From an uncultured Lentisphaeraceae bacterium (GTDB lineage: Bacteria; Verrucomicrobiota; Kiritimatiellia; RFP12; UBA1067): 64,000 nt of DNA. The position numbers and the translations under genes are program-made. The stretch lies in the NCBI GenBank assembly GCA_964482645.1, contig CAYZYQ010000002.1, positions 21,111 to 85,110 of the forward strand. The letters run 5' to 3'. Numbering within the stretch: the stretch's first letter is position 1; each line of letters starts with the position of its first letter. This document shows, in pieces, positions 39,096 to 47,713 of the stretch. Under the pieces are notes generated by a model. That model saw only the letters and a program-made list of their open reading frames with translations. It searched no databases and was not told the origin of the DNA.

Positions 39096-41987
39096 ATGAC
39101 CGTAAAACATGTGGCATGTGTGGCGTTCGGACTCGCGCTGGCGGGATCGTTGGCGGCGGAGACATGGTATTTGAAGGGCGGTGGCGCACATCGCATCGTG
39201 GACAACGGAAAGAGCGACTGGGGTTACGACTGGTACGCGACGGGCGAGAACGGGAACTGGACGAACGCCCTTGGCGCCGTCGGCGTTCCCGCCGAAGGGG
39301 ATGTGGTCGTCATTCCGGCGAAGGATCCGGCCGCAGACAAAGACACCGTTACGTTTTCGGCCAGCGGCGGGAGCGATGGCAGTCGGACGAAGCCGATCGA
39401 CGCATTGATCGCGTTGGGGAAGACGTGTCTGCACCAGGGGACGCTCGTGCTGCGCGCAGGCGGCGCGGGGTTGTCCATCGGCGGAAACAGCATCTGGTGG
39501 TCGGGGATTGAATGCGTGCCCCGTGGCGAGGACGATTTAGACGCGCAAAGCGTTGTGCTCACCGTGCCGAAGAACGTGACCTTTCAACTTCAGAAGGGTG
39601 TCGTCAGTTCGGGTCCGTCATTTACCAAGGCGGGCGACGGCACGTTCGTGAACTTCTGCGAGGGCGACACGGGCTACGCATTGACGGATTTATATAACAT
39701 GACCGTCCGATTGCAGGGCGGTACGTTCGTGAACAACATGTCGCGCCCCGCGAAGGGCGTCCGTTTCGTCTTTGATTCGGACGATCCAAATGTTCGCCTC
39801 GCGCTGGGGCGAACGGGAGCGGCCAACTATTGGAATTGGGCAATCGAGGATGGCGCGATCGAGGAGACGGACGCGGTTCAGAATACGGAACACGGCATCA
39901 CGACCACGCATACGGATCGGAACCACTATCTCACGATCTGTGGAACGCCGACGGTCAACCCGATGCGGTTCACGGGGGCGTTCTACGAAAAGGCGGGATT
40001 GGTGTGGAATCCCACGACGGCGGATGCGGAATTCGTGATCGCGAAATCAATTTCGCCGACGACGGGCGGGCTGCTCGTGTCGAACGGCGTAGTTCGCCTT
40101 TCCGAGGGTGCCACATTTTCCAAGTTGTCGCGGTTGGACGTCGCGGGCGCCACGGCGCGTCTCGTTGTCGATTCGGGTGCGGGCGTCGCCTTTCAGGCGC
40201 AGGACGTCCGTGTGTCCGATGGTGCAAAAATCGTTGTCGGGCAGGGCGTGACGATTTCGTTCACGGCCGCAACAGTTGACGGTGTCGCGCTCGCGCCGGG
40301 ATTCCACACGGTGGCCACAGCGGCGACGTGGTTGGAAGGCGACGGTTGCGTGTATGTGTCGGGCGGCGAAACGCCGCAAATGAGTGCGGACACATGGACG
40401 GGCGCAGGGGCGGACACGGCGTTGACAACGGCCGCGAACTGGTCAACAGGTGAAACGCCCGATTTCACGACAGGTGGCCTTGTCGCTACGTTCGCGACGG
40501 GCGGTTCACGCGCGACGTTCGTGGGCGACACGATGCTCCGTTTGGCCGGCATCGTCTTCACGCAGCCGTTCACGCTGGACACGGCGGCGGATGCGAAGGG
40601 GATGTTGCTGCTGGGCGCGAACGGCATTTCGACTCCGGCGACCGAGACGGCCCAGACGTATGGCATTGGCTGGCCAATCGTGGCCGTTGCACCGCAGACG
40701 TGGACGGCTAAATCGAACACGACTGTCCGCTACACGACACCGGTGTCGGGATTGTCCACGTTCGATCGGATCGTCGTGGACGGCGAAGGGCGAACGGAAT
40801 TTCTCGCGGCGAACACGTTTCCGAACGACATGATGCTCACGAACGGTACCGTCCGTTTCGCGGGTGACAACGCGATGGGGGCGGCGACGGGTACGACGTG
40901 GGGCGATTCCGATCGGATGCTGCTCGTCTTCGGCGGTGGCGTGAACGTACGTCCTCTACAGTTGTTCATGCCGAGCGGGAGCAAGGACAACCGTATCCGT
41001 TTCGAGGCCGGGACGACGAACCGTTTTGAAGGGAAGGTCATGTTCGGTATCGAGTCTGGTTCTCCCTATCGGACGATGCAGACGGCGATGTTGTTGGGAC
41101 GGGACGCCGAGGTCACGTTTGCGGGCGGGTTGCACGTCCATTATCAGAACCACAACATCGCGGGCCCCGCGCACATCATCGTCACGAATCGGCCGCTCAT
41201 GGTACGTGATCGGTTCTGCCTCTATGCCAAAGATCTCGTCTACGACCTCTGCGTGGCGAACAATCGCGTGAGCGGCAATTCGAGTTTCTGGAACGCCGGA
41301 ACGCTCCGTACTTTGGTTCCATATGCACTTGAAAAGAATGCGCAGGGACAGGTGTCGCGTGTCCAGATGAACGGAACCGATTTTACGCTCGACCTCTGCG
41401 GCAACGACCAGTCGATGGGCGTCCTGGACGGGCGCAACGGGACGATCACGAGCGCGACGCCCGCGTTCTTCCACGTCGCGCAGAACCACATTCCGCAGTC
41501 GTGGGACAATGGGAATGTCTCGGGCAAGCCTAATGTCGGCATTACGAACGCCGTCGTCTTCACGGGCGGGGCGGGGCTTTCGCTCGACGCGGAATTGAAG
41601 GATTTCCCGCACGTGCTGACGGCGACGAGTTCGTCGTCGGGCATGGTGCAGGTGACGTCAGGCCGTCTGACGCTTGCCGCGCCGAACGGGTCGTGGACGA
41701 ACGCGACGGCGGCCGTCGTGGGCGGCGGCACGCTCGTGCTGGAACACGCGCAGGCGATCGGGCGCGAGACAGACATCCTCTTCGAGGGAACGGACGGGCG
41801 GCTTGAACTTGCGGCCGGCGTGGCGCAGAAATGCCGCGACCTCTATTTCGACGGCGTTCGCCAGCGTCCCGGCACGTACGGCAGTTCGCAGAGTGGTGCG
41901 CAGCACAAAGACGACGCGCGTTTCACCGGCACGGGCGTGCTGAACGTCCTGTCCGACGGCAAGGGCTTCATGCTCATCCTTCGTTAA
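39096..41987 (+). CDS. giant secreted beta-helix / autotransporter-associated beta-strand-repeat (PATR-like) protein 1, C-terminal GFMLILR
   Basis: RBS AGGAG and signal peptide MTVKHVACVAFGLALAGSLAA. Contains PATR-like units (TKAGDGTFVNF..., repeated GG(T/A)L motifs). 963 aa. Confidence 0.7.
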   Translation: MTVKHVACVAFGLALAGSLAAETWYLKGGGAHRIVDNGKSDWGYDWYATGENGNWTNALGAVGVPAEGDVVVIPAKDPAADKDTVTFSASGGSDGSRTKPIDALIALGKTCLHQGTLVLRAGGAGLSIGGNSIWWSGIECVPRGEDDLDAQSVVLTVPKNVTFQLQKGVVSSGPSFTKAGDGTFVNFCEGDTGYALTDLYNMTVRLQGGTFVNNMSRPAKGVRFVFDSDDPNVRLALGRTGAANYWNWAIEDGAIEETDAVQNTEHGITTTHTDRNHYLTICGTPTVNPMRFTGAFYEKAGLVWNPTTADAEFVIAKSISPTTGGLLVSNGVVRLSEGATFSKLSRLDVAGATARLVVDSGAGVAFQAQDVRVSDGAKIVVGQGVTISFTAATVDGVALAPGFHTVATAATWLEGDGCVYVSGGETPQMSADTWTGAGADTALTTAANWSTGETPDFTTGGLVATFATGGSRATFVGDTMLRLAGIVFTQPFTLDTAADAKGMLLLGANGISTPATETAQTYGIGWPIVAVAPQTWTAKSNTTVRYTTPVSGLSTFDRIVVDGEGRTEFLAANTFPNDMMLTNGTVRFAGDNAMGAATGTTWGDSDRMLLVFGGGVNVRPLQLFMPSGSKDNRIRFEAGTTNRFEGKVMFGIESGSPYRTMQTAMLLGRDAEVTFAGGLHVHYQNHNIAGPAHIIVTNRPLMVRDRFCLYAKDLVYDLCVANNRVSGNSSFWNAGTLRTLVPYALEKNAQGQVSRVQMNGTDFTLDLCGNDQSMGVLDGRNGTITSATPAFFHVAQNHIPQSWDNGNVSGKPNVGITNAVVFTGGAGLSLDAELKDFPHVLTATSSSSGMVQVTSGRLTLAAPNGSWTNATAAVVGGGTLVLEHAQAIGRETDILFEGTDGRLELAAGVAQKCRDLYFDGVRQRPGTYGSSQSGAQHKDDARFTGTGVLNVLSDGKGFMLILR

Positions 41988-42107
41988 CGGCGAATCGTCG
42001 CTCCTGCGGTTAGTCAAAAAAAAAGAACGCCGAAAAGCTGAAGGTCTTGCACGGGCGGGTCGAAAAACTACGCACAGATTGTTCGCGTCCCACGGGCACG
42101 TGTATTG

Positions 42108-42116
42108 TGCTATAAT
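42108..42116 (+). promoter_or_regulatory. extended -10 element TGcTATAAT upstream of the capD-like gene
   Basis: attgTGcTATAATtcc was read directly. ATG 42123 lies 6 nt downstream. Confidence 0.4.
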
Positions 42117-42187
42117 TCCGCCATGTTCTTCTTCCACGAATTTGTCTTTCGGATTTGGGCGGTGCGACCGCAGGAGCGCGGCGTGGC

Positions 42188-43657
42188 ATGACTCGGACGC
42201 GGCAGGCCTGGTTGTCTTTTCTCGCCACGCGGCTCGTCGGCATTTGTGTCGATACGGCCGTCATGGGGGCGGCGTACGTGGGTGCGTTCGCCCTGCGGTT
42301 CGATTTTCGGGAACCGACGTGGGGCTGGGCGGGTGTCGCGCTGAGTTTCATCGCCGTCTGGGCCGCCCAGATGGTGAGTCTCGTCGCCACGGGGTGCTAC
42401 GGGTTGCCGTGGCGACGGACGGCACTCGTCGATCTGCCGCGTTACGTGGCGGCGGTGTTGCTTTCTGGCACGGTGCTGACGGGGCTTCGCTTTCTGCTGT
42501 CTTCGCCTGAACAGGCGGCGTTGCGTCCGCCATACTCGATCACATTGATCAACATGGTGCTGTGGCTGGTGGGGCTTGTCGCCGTGCGTTTCCTCTGGCG
42601 GGTCTACAAGATGTCCACGCCGGCGGTGGCAGAGCTTCTGAACCGCGACGAGGCGCGGCTCGATTCGCCGGATGTCGTCGCGTTGCTACACGGCGCGTGT
42701 GTGATGGTGACGGGTGCTGGCGGGTCGATTGGTCGTGAACTCGTCCGCCAGATCGTGCGGAACGGCCCGCGTCAAGTGTTGTTGGTGGAACGTGGCGAGA
42801 ACGCGCTCTACGAAATCGACCGCGAAATTCGCCAGCTGGGGACGGACGTCGAATGTCTGCCGCAGATGGTAGATATTGCCGACGCGCCGCGAATGCGCGC
42901 GTTGTTCGCCCGGTACCGGCCGGACGTCGTGCTTCACGCCGCCGCTTACAAGCACGTACCGATGGTTGAGGCCAACCCGCGCGAAGGGTTGTGCAACAAC
43001 ACCGTCGCCACGCGTCGGCTCGGCGAGATGGCGCGCGCGGCGGGTGTTCGGCGGTTTGTGATGATTTCGACGGACAAAGCCGTCAACCCCGTGGGGGTGA
43101 TGGGGATTACGAAGCGGATGGCCGAAATCCTGCTGATGGATCTCAACGGTGGCGGGACGTCGTTCTGCGCCGTTCGCTTCGGCAACGTGCTGGGGTCGAG
43201 CGGCAGTGTGGTGCCGCTCTTCCGCGAGCAGATTGCGCGGCGGTTGCCTGTGACGGTGACGCATCCCGACATGAAACGCTACTTCATGACGGTCTCCGAG
43301 GCTGTCGGTCTCGTGCTGGAAGCGGCCGCGTTGGCGAAGGGCGGCGAAGTGTTCGTGCTCGACATGGGACAACCTGTGCGCATTGTCGATTTGGCTGAAC
43401 AGATGATCCGCCAGGCCGGTTTTCGTCCGTACGTGGACGTCCCCATTCGGTTCACGGGCATTCGTCCCGGCGAAAAGCTTTTTGAGGAACTGGATGTGAG
43501 TGAGCGGAGCGCGTTTAAGACTGGCCATGCGCGGATTTTCGTGAGCCGGAACGCGACTGGCGATGCGGCGACCGTCCAGACGCTCGTGCAGGATCTCACG
43601 GAACGTCCGCATGACGACGCGGACATCCGTACGCAGTTGAAGGACTGGGCGAAATAG
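42188..43657 (+). CDS. membrane-anchored polysaccharide biosynthesis NDP-sugar 4,6-dehydratase/epimerase (CapD/WbpM/PglF family)
   Basis: Four N-terminal TM segments, then a Rossmann domain VMVTGAGGSIGRELVRQI, HAAAYKHVPMVE, ISTDKAVNP, MGITKR. The start is ATG 42188 or TTG 42155. Confidence 0.8.
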   Translation: MTRTRQAWLSFLATRLVGICVDTAVMGAAYVGAFALRFDFREPTWGWAGVALSFIAVWAAQMVSLVATGCYGLPWRRTALVDLPRYVAAVLLSGTVLTGLRFLLSSPEQAALRPPYSITLINMVLWLVGLVAVRFLWRVYKMSTPAVAELLNRDEARLDSPDVVALLHGACVMVTGAGGSIGRELVRQIVRNGPRQVLLVERGENALYEIDREIRQLGTDVECLPQMVDIADAPRMRALFARYRPDVVLHAAAYKHVPMVEANPREGLCNNTVATRRLGEMARAAGVRRFVMISTDKAVNPVGVMGITKRMAEILLMDLNGGGTSFCAVRFGNVLGSSGSVVPLFREQIARRLPVTVTHPDMKRYFMTVSEAVGLVLEAAALAKGGEVFVLDMGQPVRIVDLAEQMIRQAGFRPYVDVPIRFTGIRPGEKLFEELDVSERSAFKTGHARIFVSRNATGDAATVQTLVQDLTERPHDDADIRTQLKDWAK

Positions 43658-43795
43658 ACGGATCGCATCCATGCGCTGGAACGCGCGGCGCCGGTCGCCA
43701 TCGCCGTCGTGGAGGTCTGCGGTTCGCGCGGCTGGAACTGGTTCGATCTTGATTGAGCGGACGCTTGTCGTTTTTGGGCGTTCCTCGTCGTTCCG

Positions 43796-44236
43796 TCAGC
43801 GGCGCGAACCCTGAATGCGTCCCTGCGCGTCGCGGTAGGTTGTTCGTCCCGTACGATCGGTCGTGGCCGAACCTTGGGTACGTCCCTGTACGTCGCGGTA
43901 GGTCGTGCGTCCCGTGCGGTCGGTCGATGCCGTTCCCTGAATGCGTCCCATCGAATCGCGATAGGTCGTGCGTCCCGTGCGGTCGGTTGAAGCCGTTCCT
44001 TGGATGCGTCCTTGCGCGTCGCGATAGGTCGTGCGTCCCGTACGGTCGGTTGTGGCCGTGCCTTGGATGCGTCCCATCGAATCGCGATAGGTCGTACGTC
44101 CCGTACGGTCGGTTGTGGCCGTTCCCTGGTTGCGTCCCAATGAATCGCGGAACGTCTGGCGCATGGTCTGGGCGGACAACGTCGCCGATAGACTGGCGAA
44201 CAGCAGTGTGGCGAGTAAAATGCGAATGTCTTTCAT
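43796..44236 (-). CDS. small secreted protein made of six 20-aa YRD..GR.QGTA.TDRTGRTT repeats
   Basis: Internal ATG 44236 of ORF 43796..45049. The signal peptide is MKDIRILLATLLFASLSATLSA. Six tandem repeat units follow. Confidence 0.6.
   Translation of the reverse strand: MKDIRILLATLLFASLSATLSAQTMRQTFRDSLGRNQGTATTDRTGRTTYRDSMGRIQGTATTDRTGRTTYRDAQGRIQGTASTDRTGRTTYRDSMGRIQGTASTDRTGRTTYRDVQGRTQGSATTDRTGRTTYRDAQGRIQGSRR
43799..44155. repeat. 60-bp tandem repeat, about 5.7 copies (coding)
   Basis: A 60-nt periodicity is visible in both the DNA and the translated repeats. The units are diverged at many synonymous positions. Confidence 0.85.
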
Positions 44237-44302
44237 GTGGCCTCCTTGCAAACGACGATGCGCGTAGTATGTCAAAATCGAACGGAATTGTCCAGCGGGG
44301 GA

Positions 44303-44332
44303 TTGACAAGAAGAAAAAAAAATGGCTAAAAT
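44303..44332 (+). promoter_or_regulatory. promoter of giant protein 2: TTGACA, 18-nt spacer, TAAAAT, with an A9 tract in the spacer
   Basis: TTGACAagaagAAAAAAAAAtggcTAAAAT was read directly. The A-run is 44314-44322. Confidence 0.55.
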
Positions 44333-44395
44333 AATGGCATTCATTTCATGGAGTAGAGTTGTCCATAAATTTGGAATGCAAAGTAGAGGTGACCT

Positions 44396-47125
44396 ATGCA
44401 CATCAGGAAAACAGGAATGGGTTGTGTGCTGGCCGGCGTATTGGCGTCGACCGGGTTCGGCGGGGCCGTGGTGTCGGACGATGGCGCGACGCTCATCTTG
44501 TCGGCCGACGCGGGTGAGACGCTGACCTACTCGGACGCCTTGGCCGGCACGGTGACGAAGATTCTCAAAATCGGGAAAGGGCGCTATGTTTTCGCGCCCA
44601 CGACGCATACGTTCGGCGGCGCGATTGAAATCCAGGAGGGTGTGCTGTCCGGCAATCGCAGCCATTTCGGCAACCCCTCCGCCTGGAAGATTCTGCCGGA
44701 GGGGAGTGTGACGGAACATTCCGCCGGTACGGCGGGCGCGACGCTCCTGTTCGACGTGCGGCCGGACGACTACGCGGCTGGCGAGAATGAAAAGCCGACG
44801 GGGGCATTGGAAATCGGCGGTTCGGGTTTCGAGGGGCAGGGCGCGTTCTACTTCACGATGCTCCCGAACGGAAACGGCTCTGGCAATACCCTCAGCACGT
44901 CGCACTGGGCATTCAAGGGTGGCGTGAAACTGACGGCGGACACGACCGTGGGCGGCGGCCGTTTCGGCTTCAATACGATGGACATGCAGGGGTACGACCT
45001 CTACACGTACTGCACGAACGGGCAGGCGCAGTACGAAATGTATGGGCAAATCAAAAACGCGGGGAACATCCGCCTCAAGAAGGGGGAACTTCTTTTTGAG
45101 CGGGTCGCGGGGTTTTCACCCGCCGTGACGACGCAGTGCGTTGCGATGGCCGATGGGACGACCATACGGATGTACGATTCGCCGACGGACAATGCCATGA
45201 CGACGCTGGGGATTCGTCTGGAGGATAACGCCACGGCCAAGATTCTGGCGACGGGCGGCTCCGACATCCACTACGGGCGGAACGTTTGGAAGGGGGACGT
45301 ACATCTGGACAGGGGGCGGCAACTGAAGTTGATGGCGGATCGCGAGATGACGCTTGACGGCGCAATGGACGGCTCGGCGGATCTCTACAAAGGCGGTTCG
45401 TACGCCGCGACGATCACGTCCAACGCGACGCACGAGTTCCGTTCGCTGACGGTCGAGAAGGGAACGCTGGCACTCGGGCGGAACGCCGACGATACGCCCT
45501 ATTCCGTCACGAACATTTGGGCGGTGGCGGGTTCAGCGGCGGGCTGGGATTGTGCGCGGCTTGACTTGGGGGTGGATCTGCGGACGATGTCGGCGGTCCG
45601 CACGTCGTCGTCGGAGGTCATCCGTATCGGATACAATGGCGGATCGGGCAATCAGTACGGCATCGTCTCGATTGGCGACGGGGCCGTGGTGTCGAACGAG
45701 TTTATCATCGGCATGGGTAATGACACGCGGAACGCCATGGGCGCCGTGTACATGGGCGACGCGACGGTCTACTGGAAGGCGGGTTCCGGTAACGACGGCT
45801 TCATCGGCTCAAATGGAAAAGGTTCCGGTTTCTTCCTCCAGAACGGCGGCACGTTGACGCATACCGGCTATATGAATTTGGGGGCGCACGGTCGCGGCGT
45901 TTTTGTCCAGCGGGGCGGTCTGCATGAGATTCTCGGTTGGAATCCGCTCAAGATCGCGCGTACGGGTGCACCGTCGTATGGACTCTACCATCAGTCGGGC
46001 GGTACGCTCAAAGGGCAGAACATTTGGATGTGTTACGACTATCGCACGAATTGTGTGGATGTCCAGGCGGTCGTTACGACGACGGGGCGCGGCTCGCGCA
46101 TTGAGATGGACCGGACGCGCCTGTTCGTGTCGCGCCGGAACGTGGAGGGTGTCGTCAATGTGGCCGACGGCGCGGTTTGGTGCGGGCAGATCTATAAGGA
46201 TGTCGAGGCGAAGGACGTTATCTGGGACATGGTTAAGGACATCTGCCCGGACACGAAACTCTACGTGAACCTGAACGGCGGCATTCTGACGGCGAAGACG
46301 GCGGACGTGCTGGGCGCGGACGCTTCCCATGCGCCGGATCGCGTGACGGTCTACGAAGGCGGCGTGACGCTCGACGCCTCGGCTGCCGATCTTGTCTTCC
46401 ATGCGCCGTTCGAGAAGCCCGTCGGTCAGGGCGTTGCGTCCATCGCGCTGCCGGCGAACAGCGTCACGAATTTCAACTACTATGTCGGCTCGCCGCGCGT
46501 TCGCATCAAGAGCGCGACCGGCACAGGTGCCACGGCGATGGCGGACTTCAACGAGAAGACACGCCAGGTCGAGCGTATCCGCGTGATGAGTGCCGGTTGC
46601 GGCTATGCAGACGCGACGGCGACGATCGAAAACAACGTGTTTGGCGAAGTGGCGTTGGGCCAGGTTGTGCTGACGGAACTGTCCACGACGGGCGGCGTCA
46701 CGAAGACGGGCGCGAAGACGGCCACGCTGACGGGGGCGAACACGTACGGCGGTACGACGCGCCTCGCGGGCGGCACGTTGGCGTTCACGCATGAAGACGG
46801 CTATCCGGGCGGTGTACTTGAAATCTCCGCCGCCGTGTTGATGGGGGCGTCCGACGCGCCACCGCTTCTGAAAGCCGTGCGTTTGGCGTTCAATTCGGGC
46901 TGTGGCATTCGCGTGACGGAGGCCGAACGGCTCGACAAGGATATGCGGCGCGGTCTCCGGGACGTGATCGAGACGACCACGCCCTTGACGTCCCTGCCGC
47001 CCGTGACGTATGTCGATTCAACGGGCGCGGAGATTTCGCCCGGCGGCTGGACGTTCCTGCTGGACGCCGGCGGCTGTCGCGTCCGCTTCGCCTACCAGCG
47101 CGGCACGGTGCTGATTCTTCGTTGA
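44396..47125 (+). CDS. giant secreted beta-helix / PATR protein 2, C-terminal GTVLILR
   Basis: RBS AGAGGTG and a signal-like N-terminus MHIRKTGMGCVLAGVLASTGFGGA. Contains a canonical PATR unit VTKTGAKTATLTGANTYGGTTRLAGGTLAF. 909 aa. Confidence 0.75.
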   Translation: MHIRKTGMGCVLAGVLASTGFGGAVVSDDGATLILSADAGETLTYSDALAGTVTKILKIGKGRYVFAPTTHTFGGAIEIQEGVLSGNRSHFGNPSAWKILPEGSVTEHSAGTAGATLLFDVRPDDYAAGENEKPTGALEIGGSGFEGQGAFYFTMLPNGNGSGNTLSTSHWAFKGGVKLTADTTVGGGRFGFNTMDMQGYDLYTYCTNGQAQYEMYGQIKNAGNIRLKKGELLFERVAGFSPAVTTQCVAMADGTTIRMYDSPTDNAMTTLGIRLEDNATAKILATGGSDIHYGRNVWKGDVHLDRGRQLKLMADREMTLDGAMDGSADLYKGGSYAATITSNATHEFRSLTVEKGTLALGRNADDTPYSVTNIWAVAGSAAGWDCARLDLGVDLRTMSAVRTSSSEVIRIGYNGGSGNQYGIVSIGDGAVVSNEFIIGMGNDTRNAMGAVYMGDATVYWKAGSGNDGFIGSNGKGSGFFLQNGGTLTHTGYMNLGAHGRGVFVQRGGLHEILGWNPLKIARTGAPSYGLYHQSGGTLKGQNIWMCYDYRTNCVDVQAVVTTTGRGSRIEMDRTRLFVSRRNVEGVVNVADGAVWCGQIYKDVEAKDVIWDMVKDICPDTKLYVNLNGGILTAKTADVLGADASHAPDRVTVYEGGVTLDASAADLVFHAPFEKPVGQGVASIALPANSVTNFNYYVGSPRVRIKSATGTGATAMADFNEKTRQVERIRVMSAGCGYADATATIENNVFGEVALGQVVLTELSTTGGVTKTGAKTATLTGANTYGGTTRLAGGTLAFTHEDGYPGGVLEISAAVLMGASDAPPLLKAVRLAFNSGCGIRVTEAERLDKDMRRGLRDVIETTTPLTSLPPVTYVDSTGAEISPGGWTFLLDAGGCRVRFAYQRGTVLILR

Positions 47126-47228
47126 TCCCAGCCGCCCTGCCGCAGCCTTCGTCGAGTTGGACATGAAAAGTTGAAATCCTCCTTTTCGCTGGTTTTTGAT
47201 ATAATCAGCGGCGAGAGGAAAATGGACA

Positions 47229-47666
47229 ATGGCCAACGTAAACCAGAGTGCCGAGAAGAAGGCGAAGAAAGACGAGTTCTACACGCAGTACGCAGACATC
47301 GCGCGTGAGATGGAGGCGTAGCTCGCCTATGATGCGAACGCCTTTCGCGGCAAAACGGTCTTCTTGCCATGTGACGATCCGGAGTGGAGCAACTTCACGA
47401 AGGACTTCGCCGAGAACTTTGAGCGCATGGGCCTCGGGAAACTCATCTCGACGAGCGATGCATTCAACAACACGACGATGAACGCGAATGGACATTCGGC
47501 AGGGGGCGGCGGGGCGGGACGCCCCGCCCTACCGGAAACGCAAATAAATGGCACACCGGTAGGGCGCGACGTCCTCGTCGCGCCGTGGTCGAAAGGTGGC
47601 GCGATAAAGGACACAAATCGCCAGATGCTCTGCAAGACGCACAACCGCGCGAAGGGCAATCGGTGA
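47229..47666 (+). pseudogene. composite remnant: EcoRI-like adenine methyltransferase N-terminus (in-frame TAG at 47319), a REP-like insert, and an HNH C-terminal fragment
   Basis: The frame reads MANVNQSAEKKAKKDEFYTQYADIAREMEA*LAYDANAFRGKTVFLPCDDPEWSNFTKDFAENFERMGLGKLISTS..., matching the M.EcoRI-family N-terminus (KKSKSDEFYTQY...CNCDDP..SNF...NF..LGLKKLI). After the repeat it ends in PWSKGGAIKDTNRQMLCKTHNRAKGNR, an HNH tail. Confidence 0.7.
47507..47584 (+). repeat. 78-bp hairpin-rich REP/MITE-like element, copy A
   Basis: The first hairpin is GGGCGGGacgcCCCGCCC. An inverted repeat pairs GCCCTACCGG with CCGGTAGGGC. The last hairpin is GGCGCGACGtcctCGTCGCGCC. By my hand alignment 63 of 78 positions are identical to copy B. 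Confidence 0.8.
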
Positions 47667-47697
47667 ATAGGGCCACTTCCCCAAGCCGTGCCGAATG

Positions 47698-47706
47698 TGA
47701 TAGAAT
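47698..47706 (+). promoter_or_regulatory. extended -10 element TGaTAGAAT, 7 nt upstream of ATG 47714 (leaderless)
   Basis: gaatgTGaTAGAATaacgaccATG was read directly. Confidence 0.4.
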
Positions 47707-47713
47707 AACGACC

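Noticed and set aside
42016-42024. An A9 tract downstream of giant protein 1 as a fourth copy of the A-tract promoter cassette.
   Set aside because: It is not followed by TGnnTAWAAT or preceded by TTGAC, and the nearest -10 box (42108) is over 80 nt away.
43799-44155. A regular 60-bp tandem repeat as a possible CRISPR array.
   Set aside because: There are no unique spacers between the repeats. The units are contiguous, lie in one reading frame, and encode a 20-aa protein repeat behind a signal peptide.
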